Source: Poseidonia sp.
Lineage (GTDB): Archaea; Thermoplasmatota; Poseidoniia; Poseidoniales; Poseidoniaceae
Length of the DNA stretch: 54,110 bases
Assembly: GCA_038127845.1 (NCBI GenBank)
Contig: JAYPIL010000004.1
Span: 1 to 54,110 of the forward strand
Direction: 5' to 3'
Shown: piece after piece, positions 27,412 through 36,538 of the stretch
Layout of the letters: every line of letters starts with the position of its first letter
Numbering within the stretch: the stretch's first letter is position 1
Position numbers and translations under genes: made by a program
Notes under the pieces: generated by a model
The model's input: the letters and a program-made list of their open reading frames with translations, nothing else
Told to the model about the DNA's origin: nothing
The model's database searches: none

Positions 27412-27542
27412 GCCGGGGTGGCGTAGTTGGTAGCGCGTCGGACTCATAGGGCAGCCTTCAAGGCGATCGTATGACGTGCAAAGCCCCTTGTGGTGTCTGA
27501 GACATCCGAAGGTCGCGGGTTCGAGCCCCGCTCCCGGCACCA
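27412..27542 (+). tRNA. tRNA with CAU anticodon (elongator Met or Ile2), 55-nt intron at position 37/38, encoded CCA
   Basis: Hand fold:
- Acceptor stem: GCCGGGG/TCCCGGC.
- D arm: GCGT..GCGC.
- Anticodon stem: TCGGA/TCCGA, with loop CTCATA|A.
- T arm: GCGGG-TTCGAGC-CCCGC.
- Discriminator A followed by CCA.
The anticodon stem lacks the GGG/CCC run expected of an initiator tRNA. Confidence 0.85.
27449..27503 (+). other. tRNA intron with helix-bulge-helix-bulge-helix splice motif
   Basis: The central 4-bp helix pairs CUCA (27443-27446) with UGAG (27498-27501). It is flanked by two 3-nt bulges: UA|G (27447-27449) and AC|A (27502-27504). The outer helix pairs GGCA (27450-27453) with UGUC (27494-27497). 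Confidence 0.75.
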
Positions 27543-27600
27543 AAACAACCACTCCAAGTGAACACTATAAGCAGGCGACGAGCCCGGTGGATTGAATCAC

Positions 27601-28299
27601 ATGACCAACCGATTGCTACAGATGGAAAACATCCAACGGCATTACGAAACACCAGCGGGGGTCGTGAGAGCCCTTGACGGGGTGAATTTCACCATCGATG
27701 AGGGCGAGCGCGTCATTCTCTTGGGCCCGTCTGGTTCAGGCAAGACCACCTTGCTCAATTGCCTCTCAGCGTTGGACAGCCCCACGGGCGGCTCCTACAC
27801 GTTCCACGGCGACGAAGTCCCCCGCAACGCCTCCGAGAAGATGACGGCCTTCCGTCGTGACAACATTGGCTATGTGTTCCAATTCTTCAACCTCCTTCAG
27901 GACCTCACAGTTCTTGAGAACATCCTCCTCATTCAGGAACTTGCCGGAAAGAAAGACCCTGCTCGAGCCAAGGAATTGCTGAAGTTGGTTGGTTTAGAGG
28001 CTGAAGTGGACCGGTTCCCGGGTGAAATCAGCGGCGGCCAACAACAACGGGTCGCTATCGCACGAAGCATCGCCAAGCGGCCCACGCTGCTGCTCGGTGA
28101 TGAGCTCACGGGCAATCTCGACACGGAAACGTCCAACAGGGTCATGGAGGCCTTGGTAAGTGCGTGCAAGCAAGAAAACATCACCTCCGTTTTCGTCACC
28201 CACGACGAGGGGCTGGTGAAATATGCCACCCGTGTCATCCGCATTGACAGCGGGAAGATCGTCTCGGACGAGGCAACGGGTAACGACGAAGAAGCGTGA
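27601..28299 (+). CDS. ABC transporter ATP-binding protein (MacB/LolD/FtsE-like)
   Basis: Walker A GPSGSGKTT, Q-loop, signature ISGGQQQRVAIARS, Walker B LLLGDELTGNLD, H-loop VTHD. Confidence 0.9.
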   Translation: MTNRLLQMENIQRHYETPAGVVRALDGVNFTIDEGERVILLGPSGSGKTTLLNCLSALDSPTGGSYTFHGDEVPRNASEKMTAFRRDNIGYVFQFFNLLQDLTVLENILLIQELAGKKDPARAKELLKLVGLEAEVDRFPGEISGGQQQRVAIARSIAKRPTLLLGDELTGNLDTETSNRVMEALVSACKQENITSVFVTHDEGLVKYATRVIRIDSGKIVSDEATGNDEEA

Positions 28300-28308
28300 G
28301 GTGAGGTT

Positions 28309-30750
28309 GTGTCCGCACTCCTAAACAAACGGTTGGCACGAAGCCTGTGGCGTACCAAATTGCGCCTGTTGGCCGTCGTGTTGATGGTCTCTGTTGGCGT
28401 GTTTGCCGGCATCACGTTTGGTGGGTATTCACACAACGTCGAAGGCATGTACGATACGCTTCAAGCGGATGACGAGGGGGGGTCCAATTTGGCTGACCTC
28501 TGGATTGACAACCGAAGCGCCTCGTGGTCAGCCGATGACATCGCAACCTTCTGCGACGCCTTGGAAACATCTTGGTCGTCGGATATCGCAGCCCTTGACT
28601 CTTGTGAAGGACGAACCATCGTACAAGGCACCATGTTCCATACCAACGATACGGGCACACACATCATCAATTCCTTGTGGCACGGCATTCCGGAGAAGGC
28701 CAACGCAGACAAGATTTGGATGCCTGAAGGGCACACTGAAGGCCGAGTCGCTTCAAATGCAGATGAAATCGTCATCGACGCACACGTTGTCGAGGCCTTG
28801 GAGTTGTCCCTTGGTGACACCGTCACCATTGGGGCTGGAAGTGCGTCGTTGGAGTTCAACATCGTCGGCATTGGGTACCATCCACTTCATGTGTTCATGG
28901 CACCGGAAGGCTCGCTGTTCCCCCCTGAGGCGGGCCAGTACGTCGTCGGTTATGTCTCTGACAGCGGCATGGCACGCCTCACCAACACCTCTCTGGGAAG
29001 CAGCAACACCCTCCTCCTCGATGTTGAGGGGACACCTTCGTTCGACCTGCCTGACACGGAAGCCTACGAAGGTGATGAAATCGATGCGGTGAAAGCACTT
29101 GTCTCCGACGCCCTCGAAATTGCCGAACTGGAGGGACGGGTCAGGGACAGGGGCCAGAACGAACCGGTTGAAATCATGCGCCAAGACCTTGAAAGTGCGA
29201 AACGGACAAGCGTTCCGTTCACCGTCATGATCGCAGCGATTGCTTCCATCACCATCGTCCTCAGCCTTCAGCGGTTGGTCCAAAGCCAGGCCAAAGAAAT
29301 CGCTGTGCTGCGAACACTTGGCGTCAACCGAAAGTCCCTGATGACAGGGTACCTGATCGCACCCATCGCCATCGGGGCAATTGGTTGTGGGCTTGGTGCG
29401 ATGGTGGGTCCTTGGGGCGTGAACGGTATGCTGAATTTCTACGAAGGCATTGTTGGGCTCCCCATCACCGAGCGTGAAGTACCGCTGGCATTGTACACGA
29501 GCATCATGCTTCCAACCATGTTGGTGGTGTTCCTCTCTGGGGCTTTTCCAGCATGGAAGGCAAGCCGCCTTGACCCCCTCGAAGTGTTGAGCGGCCAAAA
29601 TCAGGTTCGCGTGGGTTCCAACCTTTTGCGTCGCTTGACATCGTGGATGCCCACAACCTTGGGTCTGTCCATCCGTTCCAGTGTTCGCAAACCCATTCGA
29701 TTAACGATGACCTTCCTCGCCGTTGGCATTTCATTGATGCTGTTCGGTTCGGTCCAAATGATGTCGGCAGGTCTGCAAGACACCATCGTTGGCGGGCTTG
29801 AAGAACAACAATCCTGGGACGCCCAAGTGTACCTCGGTGAGGGAGGCGAAGCCAGCATTATCCAGTGGGCAGACGAACGGGGGGCAACCTACGAGTCCCT
29901 CATTGAAATGCCCCTCGGGACGGTGGACGATGCCGACGGTTTGGAGCGCGTGTTCACGCTCGTGGGCTTCAACTCCTACGAGACCGGGATGAGGAACGTC
30001 AACGTGATTGAGGGCGAACGCCCGCAATCCAGCAGCGGACCGAGTGAGGTCATGATGGACGAAGGCTCAATGGTGTTCTTGGGATGGAGTGTCGGCGAAG
30101 AACACACCGTTCTTGTGAACGGTGTTGAACACGATGTCCTTGTCGTCGGCGTCACCCGTGGTGAGTTGGTTCGCACCATGTATTTCTTGAGAGCTGATCT
30201 CGGGGAGGCGTTGGGAGTCAATGCAACCTCGATGTACCTCGCCTTGCCCGAGGGGGTTGAGGTGGACGCATCACTCGCTGAAATCTCAATGGGCGTGGTC
30301 GAGCGGCAGACCCTCATCGACGGCATGAACAGCCTCATTGAGCAGCAAACGCAAATCTTCCAGGCGATGATGTACTTGGGACTGATGTTCACCATCGCCG
30401 TGATGTTCAACACGATGATCATGAACGTGGCCGAGCGAGATTTTGAACTCGCTACCCTGCGTGTTTTGGGCGCCTCGACTCGTAGTCTCGGATTCATGCT
30501 TCTGTTCGAGAGCCTCTTGATCGGTATCATCGGTGGCTTGGTTGGTGTGGCCTTTGCTTACGGGGGTGCCGTTGGCCTGGCTGCTTCGTTCTCTTCCTGG
30601 CAGTTCTTTGTCGCCATCGTCATCGTGCCGAGCGTCGCCTATCAGTTGATGGCAGGCGTGGTGGTGATTGCCGTCGCCATGACCCCGATTGGCATTTGGC
30701 GTCTGCGTCGGATGGACCTCGTCGAGAAGGTCAAGGATTTGTCTCAGTGA
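28309..30750 (+). CDS. ABC transporter permease with two FtsX-type domains and two large extracytoplasmic loops
   Basis: 813-aa protein. GTG 28309 follows GAGGTGAGG. The N-terminus LARSLWRTKLRLLAVVLMVSVGVF is typical of FtsX/MacB permeases. Two 4-TM blocks lie at about aa 300-440 and 690-810, each preceded by a ~200-250-aa soluble loop. Confidence 0.85.
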   Translation: MSALLNKRLARSLWRTKLRLLAVVLMVSVGVFAGITFGGYSHNVEGMYDTLQADDEGGSNLADLWIDNRSASWSADDIATFCDALETSWSSDIAALDSCEGRTIVQGTMFHTNDTGTHIINSLWHGIPEKANADKIWMPEGHTEGRVASNADEIVIDAHVVEALELSLGDTVTIGAGSASLEFNIVGIGYHPLHVFMAPEGSLFPPEAGQYVVGYVSDSGMARLTNTSLGSSNTLLLDVEGTPSFDLPDTEAYEGDEIDAVKALVSDALEIAELEGRVRDRGQNEPVEIMRQDLESAKRTSVPFTVMIAAIASITIVLSLQRLVQSQAKEIAVLRTLGVNRKSLMTGYLIAPIAIGAIGCGLGAMVGPWGVNGMLNFYEGIVGLPITEREVPLALYTSIMLPTMLVVFLSGAFPAWKASRLDPLEVLSGQNQVRVGSNLLRRLTSWMPTTLGLSIRSSVRKPIRLTMTFLAVGISLMLFGSVQMMSAGLQDTIVGGLEEQQSWDAQVYLGEGGEASIIQWADERGATYESLIEMPLGTVDDADGLERVFTLVGFNSYETGMRNVNVIEGERPQSSSGPSEVMMDEGSMVFLGWSVGEEHTVLVNGVEHDVLVVGVTRGELVRTMYFLRADLGEALGVNATSMYLALPEGVEVDASLAEISMGVVERQTLIDGMNSLIEQQTQIFQAMMYLGLMFTIAVMFNTMIMNVAERDFELATLRVLGASTRSLGFMLLFESLLIGIIGGLVGVAFAYGGAVGLAASFSSWQFFVAIVIVPSVAYQLMAGVVVIAVAMTPIGIWRLRRMDLVEKVKDLSQ

Positions 30751-30762
30751 AGCGATTCATTC

Positions 30763-32145
30763 ATGGGGCGACTTGGCCACCAAGAATGCATGGTGGATGC
30801 ACCCGATGTCGGTTTACGCGTCAAAGCCACCTTCCTAACGCTGAACGGAGAGGTGGAACACCTCGGGTTGGTCTTGCCCCCGACCGCACCCAAACACATC
30901 ACCATCAAACTCGACAACGGATACAACGTGAGTTTTCCAAACGAAGCGCTCCATTCTTGGGACCAACTTGACCAACCGGCCGGTGCAGAGCCTCCTGAAT
31001 ACGTCAATCCCGAAGCAGACGCAAATCTGCCAAGGGTTCGACTCATCCACACCGGAGGAACCATCGCATCAAAAGTTGATTATGCCACGGGTGCAGTTGA
31101 AGCGAAATTTGAGCCGCAAGAACTCCTTGATGCCCTGCCAGAATTGGCTGCCATCGCCCAACTTGACGCGGTTAAAATCGGGAACATGTTCAGCGACGAC
31201 ATTCGACCTCAACACTGGAACATCATGGCAGAAGCCTGTGCTCAAGCCTTTCAGGAAGGGTATCGTGGCGTTGTGATTTCCCACGGCACCGATACGCTTC
31301 ACATCACCTCATCGGCGCTGAACTTCGCGTTTGCAGGGAAAGGCGGCCGCCCGGCGGGTCCCATCGTGATGGTTGGCTCTCAGCGGTCCAGTGACCGCGG
31401 CTCTTCCGATGCCACCGAAAACCTGCTTGCTGCGGTGCATTGGGCTGCCAATGCACCTGCCCCTCTCGGGTCGGTGGGCGACGGAGCGGTGGTCGTGATG
31501 CACGACACTTCGAGCGATGGTGTTCTGGCCGTTCACTCGGGTTTGGGCGTACGAAAGATGCATTCGTCGAGGCGAGACGCTTACCACCCCATCAATGCAC
31601 AACCGATTGCGAAACTCACACTCACCCCCGATGGGTTCTCGACCGACCTGCTCCCGTGGTACGAGGCGGCACAGCAAGAAGGAACACACCGCTCACCAAC
31701 GTCAAGCCCAGCCTTGTTTGAAACCGGACAACGACTCGCTCAATTTGTTGCCGGTCCGTGGTTGCATGCCGAACATGTCGAGGCAGTTGTCAACACCGGC
31801 GTTCAGGGGGTCATCATTCACGGCACCGGTTTGGGCCACCTCCCCATCGACGACCCCCAAAACGACGCACCTGAAAACCAACAGCTCTGGCGGAGTTTGA
31901 TTCGCTGCGTCAACCGTGAATTGCCGGTGGTCATCGTCAACCAGTGCATCCATGGCCCCGTCGACATGAACGTGTACTCCAAAGGAAGAAAGCAACAGGA
32001 CATGGGGTTGTTGGGGCACGGCGTCAATTCAACGCCGGAGGCAACCATGACCAAACTTCACTGGGTGCTTTCCCAAGGCATGAAGGTCGCTGAAGCCATG
32101 CAAGAGAACCTGTGCGGCGAACACCGAGAACGATTGATGGAATGA
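30763..32145 (+). CDS. gatD: Glutamyl-tRNA(Gln) amidotransferase subunit D
   Basis: A GatD-type N-terminal domain (ITIKLDNGYNVSF) is followed by an asparaginase-like core (VRLIHTGGTIASKVDYATGAV, ISHGTDTL). This is an archaea-specific enzyme. Confidence 0.88.
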   Translation: MGRLGHQECMVDAPDVGLRVKATFLTLNGEVEHLGLVLPPTAPKHITIKLDNGYNVSFPNEALHSWDQLDQPAGAEPPEYVNPEADANLPRVRLIHTGGTIASKVDYATGAVEAKFEPQELLDALPELAAIAQLDAVKIGNMFSDDIRPQHWNIMAEACAQAFQEGYRGVVISHGTDTLHITSSALNFAFAGKGGRPAGPIVMVGSQRSSDRGSSDATENLLAAVHWAANAPAPLGSVGDGAVVVMHDTSSDGVLAVHSGLGVRKMHSSRRDAYHPINAQPIAKLTLTPDGFSTDLLPWYEAAQQEGTHRSPTSSPALFETGQRLAQFVAGPWLHAEHVEAVVNTGVQGVIIHGTGLGHLPIDDPQNDAPENQQLWRSLIRCVNRELPVVIVNQCIHGPVDMNVYSKGRKQQDMGLLGHGVNSTPEATMTKLHWVLSQGMKVAEAMQENLCGEHRERLME

Positions 32146-32149
32146 GCGT

Positions 32150-33745
32150 TTGAATGAAAAACCGTGTTGGAGTGGAGAAATCGTGGAAGGGAACGCAGAA
32201 CAACGCCTTGAGGACCTCCGCTCCAAGCGTGAAACAGCACGCATGGGCGGGGGCTTGAAGCGTCAAGAGGCGATTCGGACCAGCGGAAGGGGAACGGCAA
32301 GAGACCGTATCTCGATGTTGCTCGATGAGGATTCGTTCCTTGAACTGGACACGTTCGTGACGCACCGGACCGACGATCACAACATGTTCCTCCACCAGAC
32401 GCTGGGCGACGGCGTCGTGGCGGGACAGGGTACGATTGAAGGTCGCCGAATCTACTGTTTCGCCCAAGATTTCAGCGTTCATGGCGGAAGCATGGGCGAG
32501 ATGCATGCCCTCAAAATCGCCAAAGTCGTCGAAATGGCAGAACGAGCGAAGGCGCCCATCGTCTGCATGTGGGACGGCGGAGGGCAGCGCGCCCAAGACG
32601 GAGTCAATGCACTGGCTGGAACCGGCGAGATGCTTGACAGACTGGTCCAGTGCAGCGGCCGAATCCCCATGATCAGCCTCGTTCTTGGACCGGTTGTTGG
32701 CGTTTCTGCCCTTGCGGCTTCGCTTTCAGATTTCACCATTCTCGGAGAAGAACACGGACAGTTGTTCCTTTCTTCGCCGCTTGAAACACCCGAAGTTCTC
32801 AGCGGCGAGGTCGATGCTGCTGGTCTTGGCGGGGCAAGTCTGCATGCCTCGCGGTCCGGTATCGCCTCGCTGATTGCAGAAGATGAGGAAGACGCCTGTG
32901 AATTGGCGGCGATGTTGCTCTCCTTCTTGCCCGACCACAACATGGCCGACCCACCGTTGGTGCCGACACCCGACCCGGTTGACCGACCCAACGAAACGCT
33001 CCAGGACATCGTCCCCGATAACCCGAACAAACCCTATGACATGGTGAAGGTGGTTGAAGAGGTCGTTGACGACGGGATGTTCATGGAACTGTTCCCGTCC
33101 TATGCCGACAACATCATCATTGGATTTGCACGGATGAACGGAAACACCGTTGGCGTGGTTGGCAACCAACCGAAAGTGTTGGCAGGTTGTCTTGACATCG
33201 ATGCATCCATCAAAGCCGCTCGGTTCATCCGAACCTGTGATGCGTTCAACATTCCACTCCTGACCTTTGAAGACGTACCAGGCTTCCTTCCAGGCGTGGT
33301 TCAGGAATGGGGTGGTATCATTCGTCACGGAGCAAAACTGCTCTTTGCCTATGCAGAAGCCACGGTCCCGAAACTCACCTTGGTCACACGAAAGGCCTAC
33401 GGAGGCGCCTACCTCGCCATGTCCTGCAAGCACCTTCAAAGCGACTACAACGTGGCATGGCCAACCGCTGAACTGGCCGTCATGGGGGCGGAAGGTGCAG
33501 TCAACATCATCCATCGACGGGAGATTCAAGCGGCCCCTGACGATGAGAAGGAAGCGGTCCGTTTGCAACTTGTCAACGAGTACAAAGCCAAGTTTGGCGA
33601 CCCGTATGTCGCTGCTCGCAACGGTTGGCTTGACGATGTCATCGAACCTCAAGAAAGCCGACTCCGGCTTTGCAGAGCCCTCAACATCCTCAAGACGAAG
33701 CGGGAATGGTCCCCGCCAAAGAAGCACGGCAACATTCCGCTGTGA
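32150..33745 (+). CDS. pccB: Acyl-CoA (propionyl-/methylmalonyl-CoA) carboxyltransferase beta subunit
   Basis: RLEDLRSKRETARMGGG, TARDRISMLLDEDSFLE, FAQDFSVHGGSMGE, VGNQPKVLAGCLDI and RKAYGGAYLAM are typical carboxyltransferase 12S/PccB motifs. There is no upstream in-frame ATG, so the start is TTG 32150 or GTG 32183. Confidence 0.9.
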   Translation: MNEKPCWSGEIVEGNAEQRLEDLRSKRETARMGGGLKRQEAIRTSGRGTARDRISMLLDEDSFLELDTFVTHRTDDHNMFLHQTLGDGVVAGQGTIEGRRIYCFAQDFSVHGGSMGEMHALKIAKVVEMAERAKAPIVCMWDGGGQRAQDGVNALAGTGEMLDRLVQCSGRIPMISLVLGPVVGVSALAASLSDFTILGEEHGQLFLSSPLETPEVLSGEVDAAGLGGASLHASRSGIASLIAEDEEDACELAAMLLSFLPDHNMADPPLVPTPDPVDRPNETLQDIVPDNPNKPYDMVKVVEEVVDDGMFMELFPSYADNIIIGFARMNGNTVGVVGNQPKVLAGCLDIDASIKAARFIRTCDAFNIPLLTFEDVPGFLPGVVQEWGGIIRHGAKLLFAYAEATVPKLTLVTRKAYGGAYLAMSCKHLQSDYNVAWPTAELAVMGAEGAVNIIHRREIQAAPDDEKEAVRLQLVNEYKAKFGDPYVAARNGWLDDVIEPQESRLRLCRALNILKTKREWSPPKKHGNIPL

Positions 33746-36502
33746 TCATTTAAGCCGCTCAGCACGAGCAAGCAATCCCCCACCCGAGGCCTGAGGCTCC
33801 TCTTCGGTTGAGGCCTGTGTCACGGAGGCCTCGGCCGTCTGTTTGCTCGACCACATCAACCATCCCGCGAGCATTGACCCAACGATGATGACGAGCACGA
33901 GGATGGTTTGCACCCATACCACGACCACTCCAGCCGCATCGTCCGCCTCGCTGGAAGGTTGGGCGGTTTGGCCACCTTGCGACGGGTCAACGACCCTGTC
34001 GGCAATCACATTACGGTCAAGTTCCATGTCATGGATGACCAACTGAACATAGAGCGACGTGTTGCTTGTCGCTCCAAGAGGGATGAGGGTCACGCACTGA
34101 TAGGCACCGGGCGTGGTTTCAAGGCACGAATGGTTCGAGCTGACTTCATTGCCGTCAATGAGGACCTGCCCATCGGTATTGACCTCACCGTCCACGTCAA
34201 GAACGGTCCACTGCATGGTGGCGGTGTCGCTTCCTTCGTTTCGCTCAATGCTCGTGATGCTCACAACGGGTACATCACCCACGGGCCGAACATCGACGTT
34301 GAAGGAAAATGCATGGCTCGTCGACCCGTCGGACACGTTCAGCCACAGTCCGCTGAACACACCGTTGACATCGCGAGATGGAGTCACGAGCAGAGAATCG
34401 TTCTCCTGAATCGCCGTCAACGCTGCAGGCACCCCTTCAATGGTCCAAACAAGCGGGTCTTCATCAACATCGTAAGCAAGAACGGTGAGGTCCAAGGCGA
34501 AGGTGGTGTCTTCATCCATGATGATGTCGCCGGTCCACGCGGAGAGGTTCACCGTAACCGGGTCGTTGACCGCATTCACAACGACGGGAATTTCAAGTTC
34601 AATCGGCGGGTTGTATCCATCGCTCACGGTCGAGCGTAGCACGGTTGCCCCGTAGCGATTTTCAAGCGGCGTGAGGGTGATGATATCCCCGTCAATAACG
34701 TAGCGCACCGGATCTTGTTCTCCCGCAACCCCACCATCAAGGCGAATCTGAAGGTCTTCTCCCTCGGGATCACTGACGATGGTTCCAAGGTCGAAAACGA
34801 TGGGTTGTCCGTCCTCGTTCATCTCCTGAATCGGGACCGTCCCGTTCTTGACCACCTGGTCGTCCACCGGCGTGAGCATCACGCGCAGCGTGGTGTTGAC
34901 CTCATCCAACACGCCACCGTCGCTTCGAAGTTGAAGTTCCAGCATGCATTCTCCAAGCCATTCCTCGTCGAGGGCGTGATGAACCCGAAGTTCTTGACCC
35001 TCTTGAATCACCTCGACGTTGAAGTGGGAAGCATCAATGCCGACCAACGTGGCCTCAACGACCCGGACCGTTTGCCCGTCAGGGTCCACAGCGACCTCCT
35101 CAACCGAGAGGGTCGTCTCGCCGTGCTGGGGCACAAACACCGTTGGTTGGGGATAGAGAACCTCGACCGGGGTGTTTCCCCGTACGGCTTGGGCACCCAA
35201 ATGCGACGGCGCACCCTCAACTTCCAAGCGAAGCCATGCCTTCTGAGGACCGGGTGCTACGGGGGCCATCGGAAACTGACACGAGACCGTTCCGTTGGCG
35301 TCCAGGTCGGCATGGGCTACCCACGGCCCACCGTCCCAACCACAGGTGACGTTCACGTCCCAGCCAGCTGGCAAGTCGTGGAACCCATCGCCGTTGCGAA
35401 GCGTCCAATTGGCGTGAATGGTCAGGGTGTCCGAGGCGTTCAGGGTGGTGAATCCGTCGTGGTTGACCACCACATCATGAAACACGAGGAAGCGTGCTGC
35501 TTCGAGCGATTCATCGATGTAAGCGCTCCCATCGCTGACAATCCTTGGACCCTCGGCCCGGTTGAAGGCATCCCGATACCGAGCGTGGTCGCCACGGATG
35601 ACCGTGTCAAGATACGCAACGGTGTGCTCGGTAGCAATCTCAATCTGTGCACTTTGGCTCAACGTGGGGTCTCCGTCGTTTTCAAAGATGGAGCGCGTGT
35701 CTTGGAACTGGTAGTGGTCTGCACCGAGCAAATGCATCCAGTGCCAGGCCATACCACCGATGGTTTCGACCCGTTCCATCGTCGCTTGGGAAGGTGCGAC
35801 TTCGTCAACCGTGCCCGTCATGAACAAACCGGTGTTGGGTGAAGAAAATTCAGGCGATGAGGTGACATCGGTCCATTCAAATTCTTCTTGGAGGTCTTCC
35901 AAATCCATGGCGAATCCAACGAGCCCTCGGGGAGGCTGATGGTCTTCCGCCTGCGTGGATAGTTGCCAAAACGGAAAGGAAAGATAGGCGGCAGCAGCAC
36001 CTTTCCCGTGACCGAGAAGCGCCCAGTGTTCGACATCAATGTTCGTTGCCGTGCCAGCCACGTAGGCGTTGGATTGGTTTTGGTAGGCCATGTGACCCAT
36101 GACCGCATCGAGGAAGTCAAGGGTGTTCTCGATGTCTGTCTCATCGGACATGGGTTGGCTGACGACCACGATGTAGCCCCGCTGAACGATTTGCTCAACC
36201 AGCATCATGTAACCGTCAATCGCTTCGCCCGAATCACCGATGAGGACCGCCCAAGGGAAGGGGCCGTTTCCCGCCATTTCCTTGTCTTCCCCATCAAACA
36301 TTGCTGGATAGACCATGCGAACTTGCGGGCTAAAAGGGCCGTTGAGGTTGAACTCCGTCCAACCGACGGGAAAGTCAACCCCCTGATGGCTGGGCTGGAA
36401 GTCGGTGTTTTCCGGCTGCGCACTCGAAACAACCGGAGCCAAGAGGAGGACAACAAGAAAGAACGAAGGCAAGCAGCCACGCCATGCAGGGTTGTGCTTC
36501 AC
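33746..36502 (-). CDS. Surface-anchored 918-aa protein: degenerate alpha/beta-hydrolase-like head + cadherin-like repeats + C-terminal TM
   Basis: - Signal-like N-terminus: MKHNPAWRGCLPSFFLVVLLLAPVVSSAQP.
- Hydrolase-like strand order, with GHGKG at the nucleophile elbow.
- Repeats bounded by PVDDQV / VNAVNDPVTV / RPVGDVPVV.
- C-terminal TM: VVVVWVQTILVLVIIVGSMLAGWLMW. Confidence 0.8.
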   Translation of the reverse strand: MKHNPAWRGCLPSFFLVVLLLAPVVSSAQPENTDFQPSHQGVDFPVGWTEFNLNGPFSPQVRMVYPAMFDGEDKEMAGNGPFPWAVLIGDSGEAIDGYMMLVEQIVQRGYIVVVSQPMSDETDIENTLDFLDAVMGHMAYQNQSNAYVAGTATNIDVEHWALLGHGKGAAAAYLSFPFWQLSTQAEDHQPPRGLVGFAMDLEDLQEEFEWTDVTSSPEFSSPNTGLFMTGTVDEVAPSQATMERVETIGGMAWHWMHLLGADHYQFQDTRSIFENDGDPTLSQSAQIEIATEHTVAYLDTVIRGDHARYRDAFNRAEGPRIVSDGSAYIDESLEAARFLVFHDVVVNHDGFTTLNASDTLTIHANWTLRNGDGFHDLPAGWDVNVTCGWDGGPWVAHADLDANGTVSCQFPMAPVAPGPQKAWLRLEVEGAPSHLGAQAVRGNTPVEVLYPQPTVFVPQHGETTLSVEEVAVDPDGQTVRVVEATLVGIDASHFNVEVIQEGQELRVHHALDEEWLGECMLELQLRSDGGVLDEVNTTLRVMLTPVDDQVVKNGTVPIQEMNEDGQPIVFDLGTIVSDPEGEDLQIRLDGGVAGEQDPVRYVIDGDIITLTPLENRYGATVLRSTVSDGYNPPIELEIPVVVNAVNDPVTVNLSAWTGDIIMDEDTTFALDLTVLAYDVDEDPLVWTIEGVPAALTAIQENDSLLVTPSRDVNGVFSGLWLNVSDGSTSHAFSFNVDVRPVGDVPVVSITSIERNEGSDTATMQWTVLDVDGEVNTDGQVLIDGNEVSSNHSCLETTPGAYQCVTLIPLGATSNTSLYVQLVIHDMELDRNVIADRVVDPSQGGQTAQPSSEADDAAGVVVVWVQTILVLVIIVGSMLAGWLMWSSKQTAEASVTQASTEEEPQASGGGLLARAERLK

Positions 36503-36538
36503 GTTCTCACCTCCAATCGCTTTGACATAGAACCTTCG

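Noticed and set aside
27449-27503. Possible C/D-box guide sRNA inside the tRNA intron, as in some euryarchaeal tRNA-Trp introns
   Set aside because: A D-like CUGA is present (27497-27500) along with an AUGA (27471-27474). There is no RUGAUGA C box near the 5' end, and the spacing does not fit a C/D' or C'/D arrangement.
27458-27652. 64-aa minus-strand ORF
   Set aside because: It overlaps the tRNA gene and the start of the ABC ATPase gene, so it is spurious.
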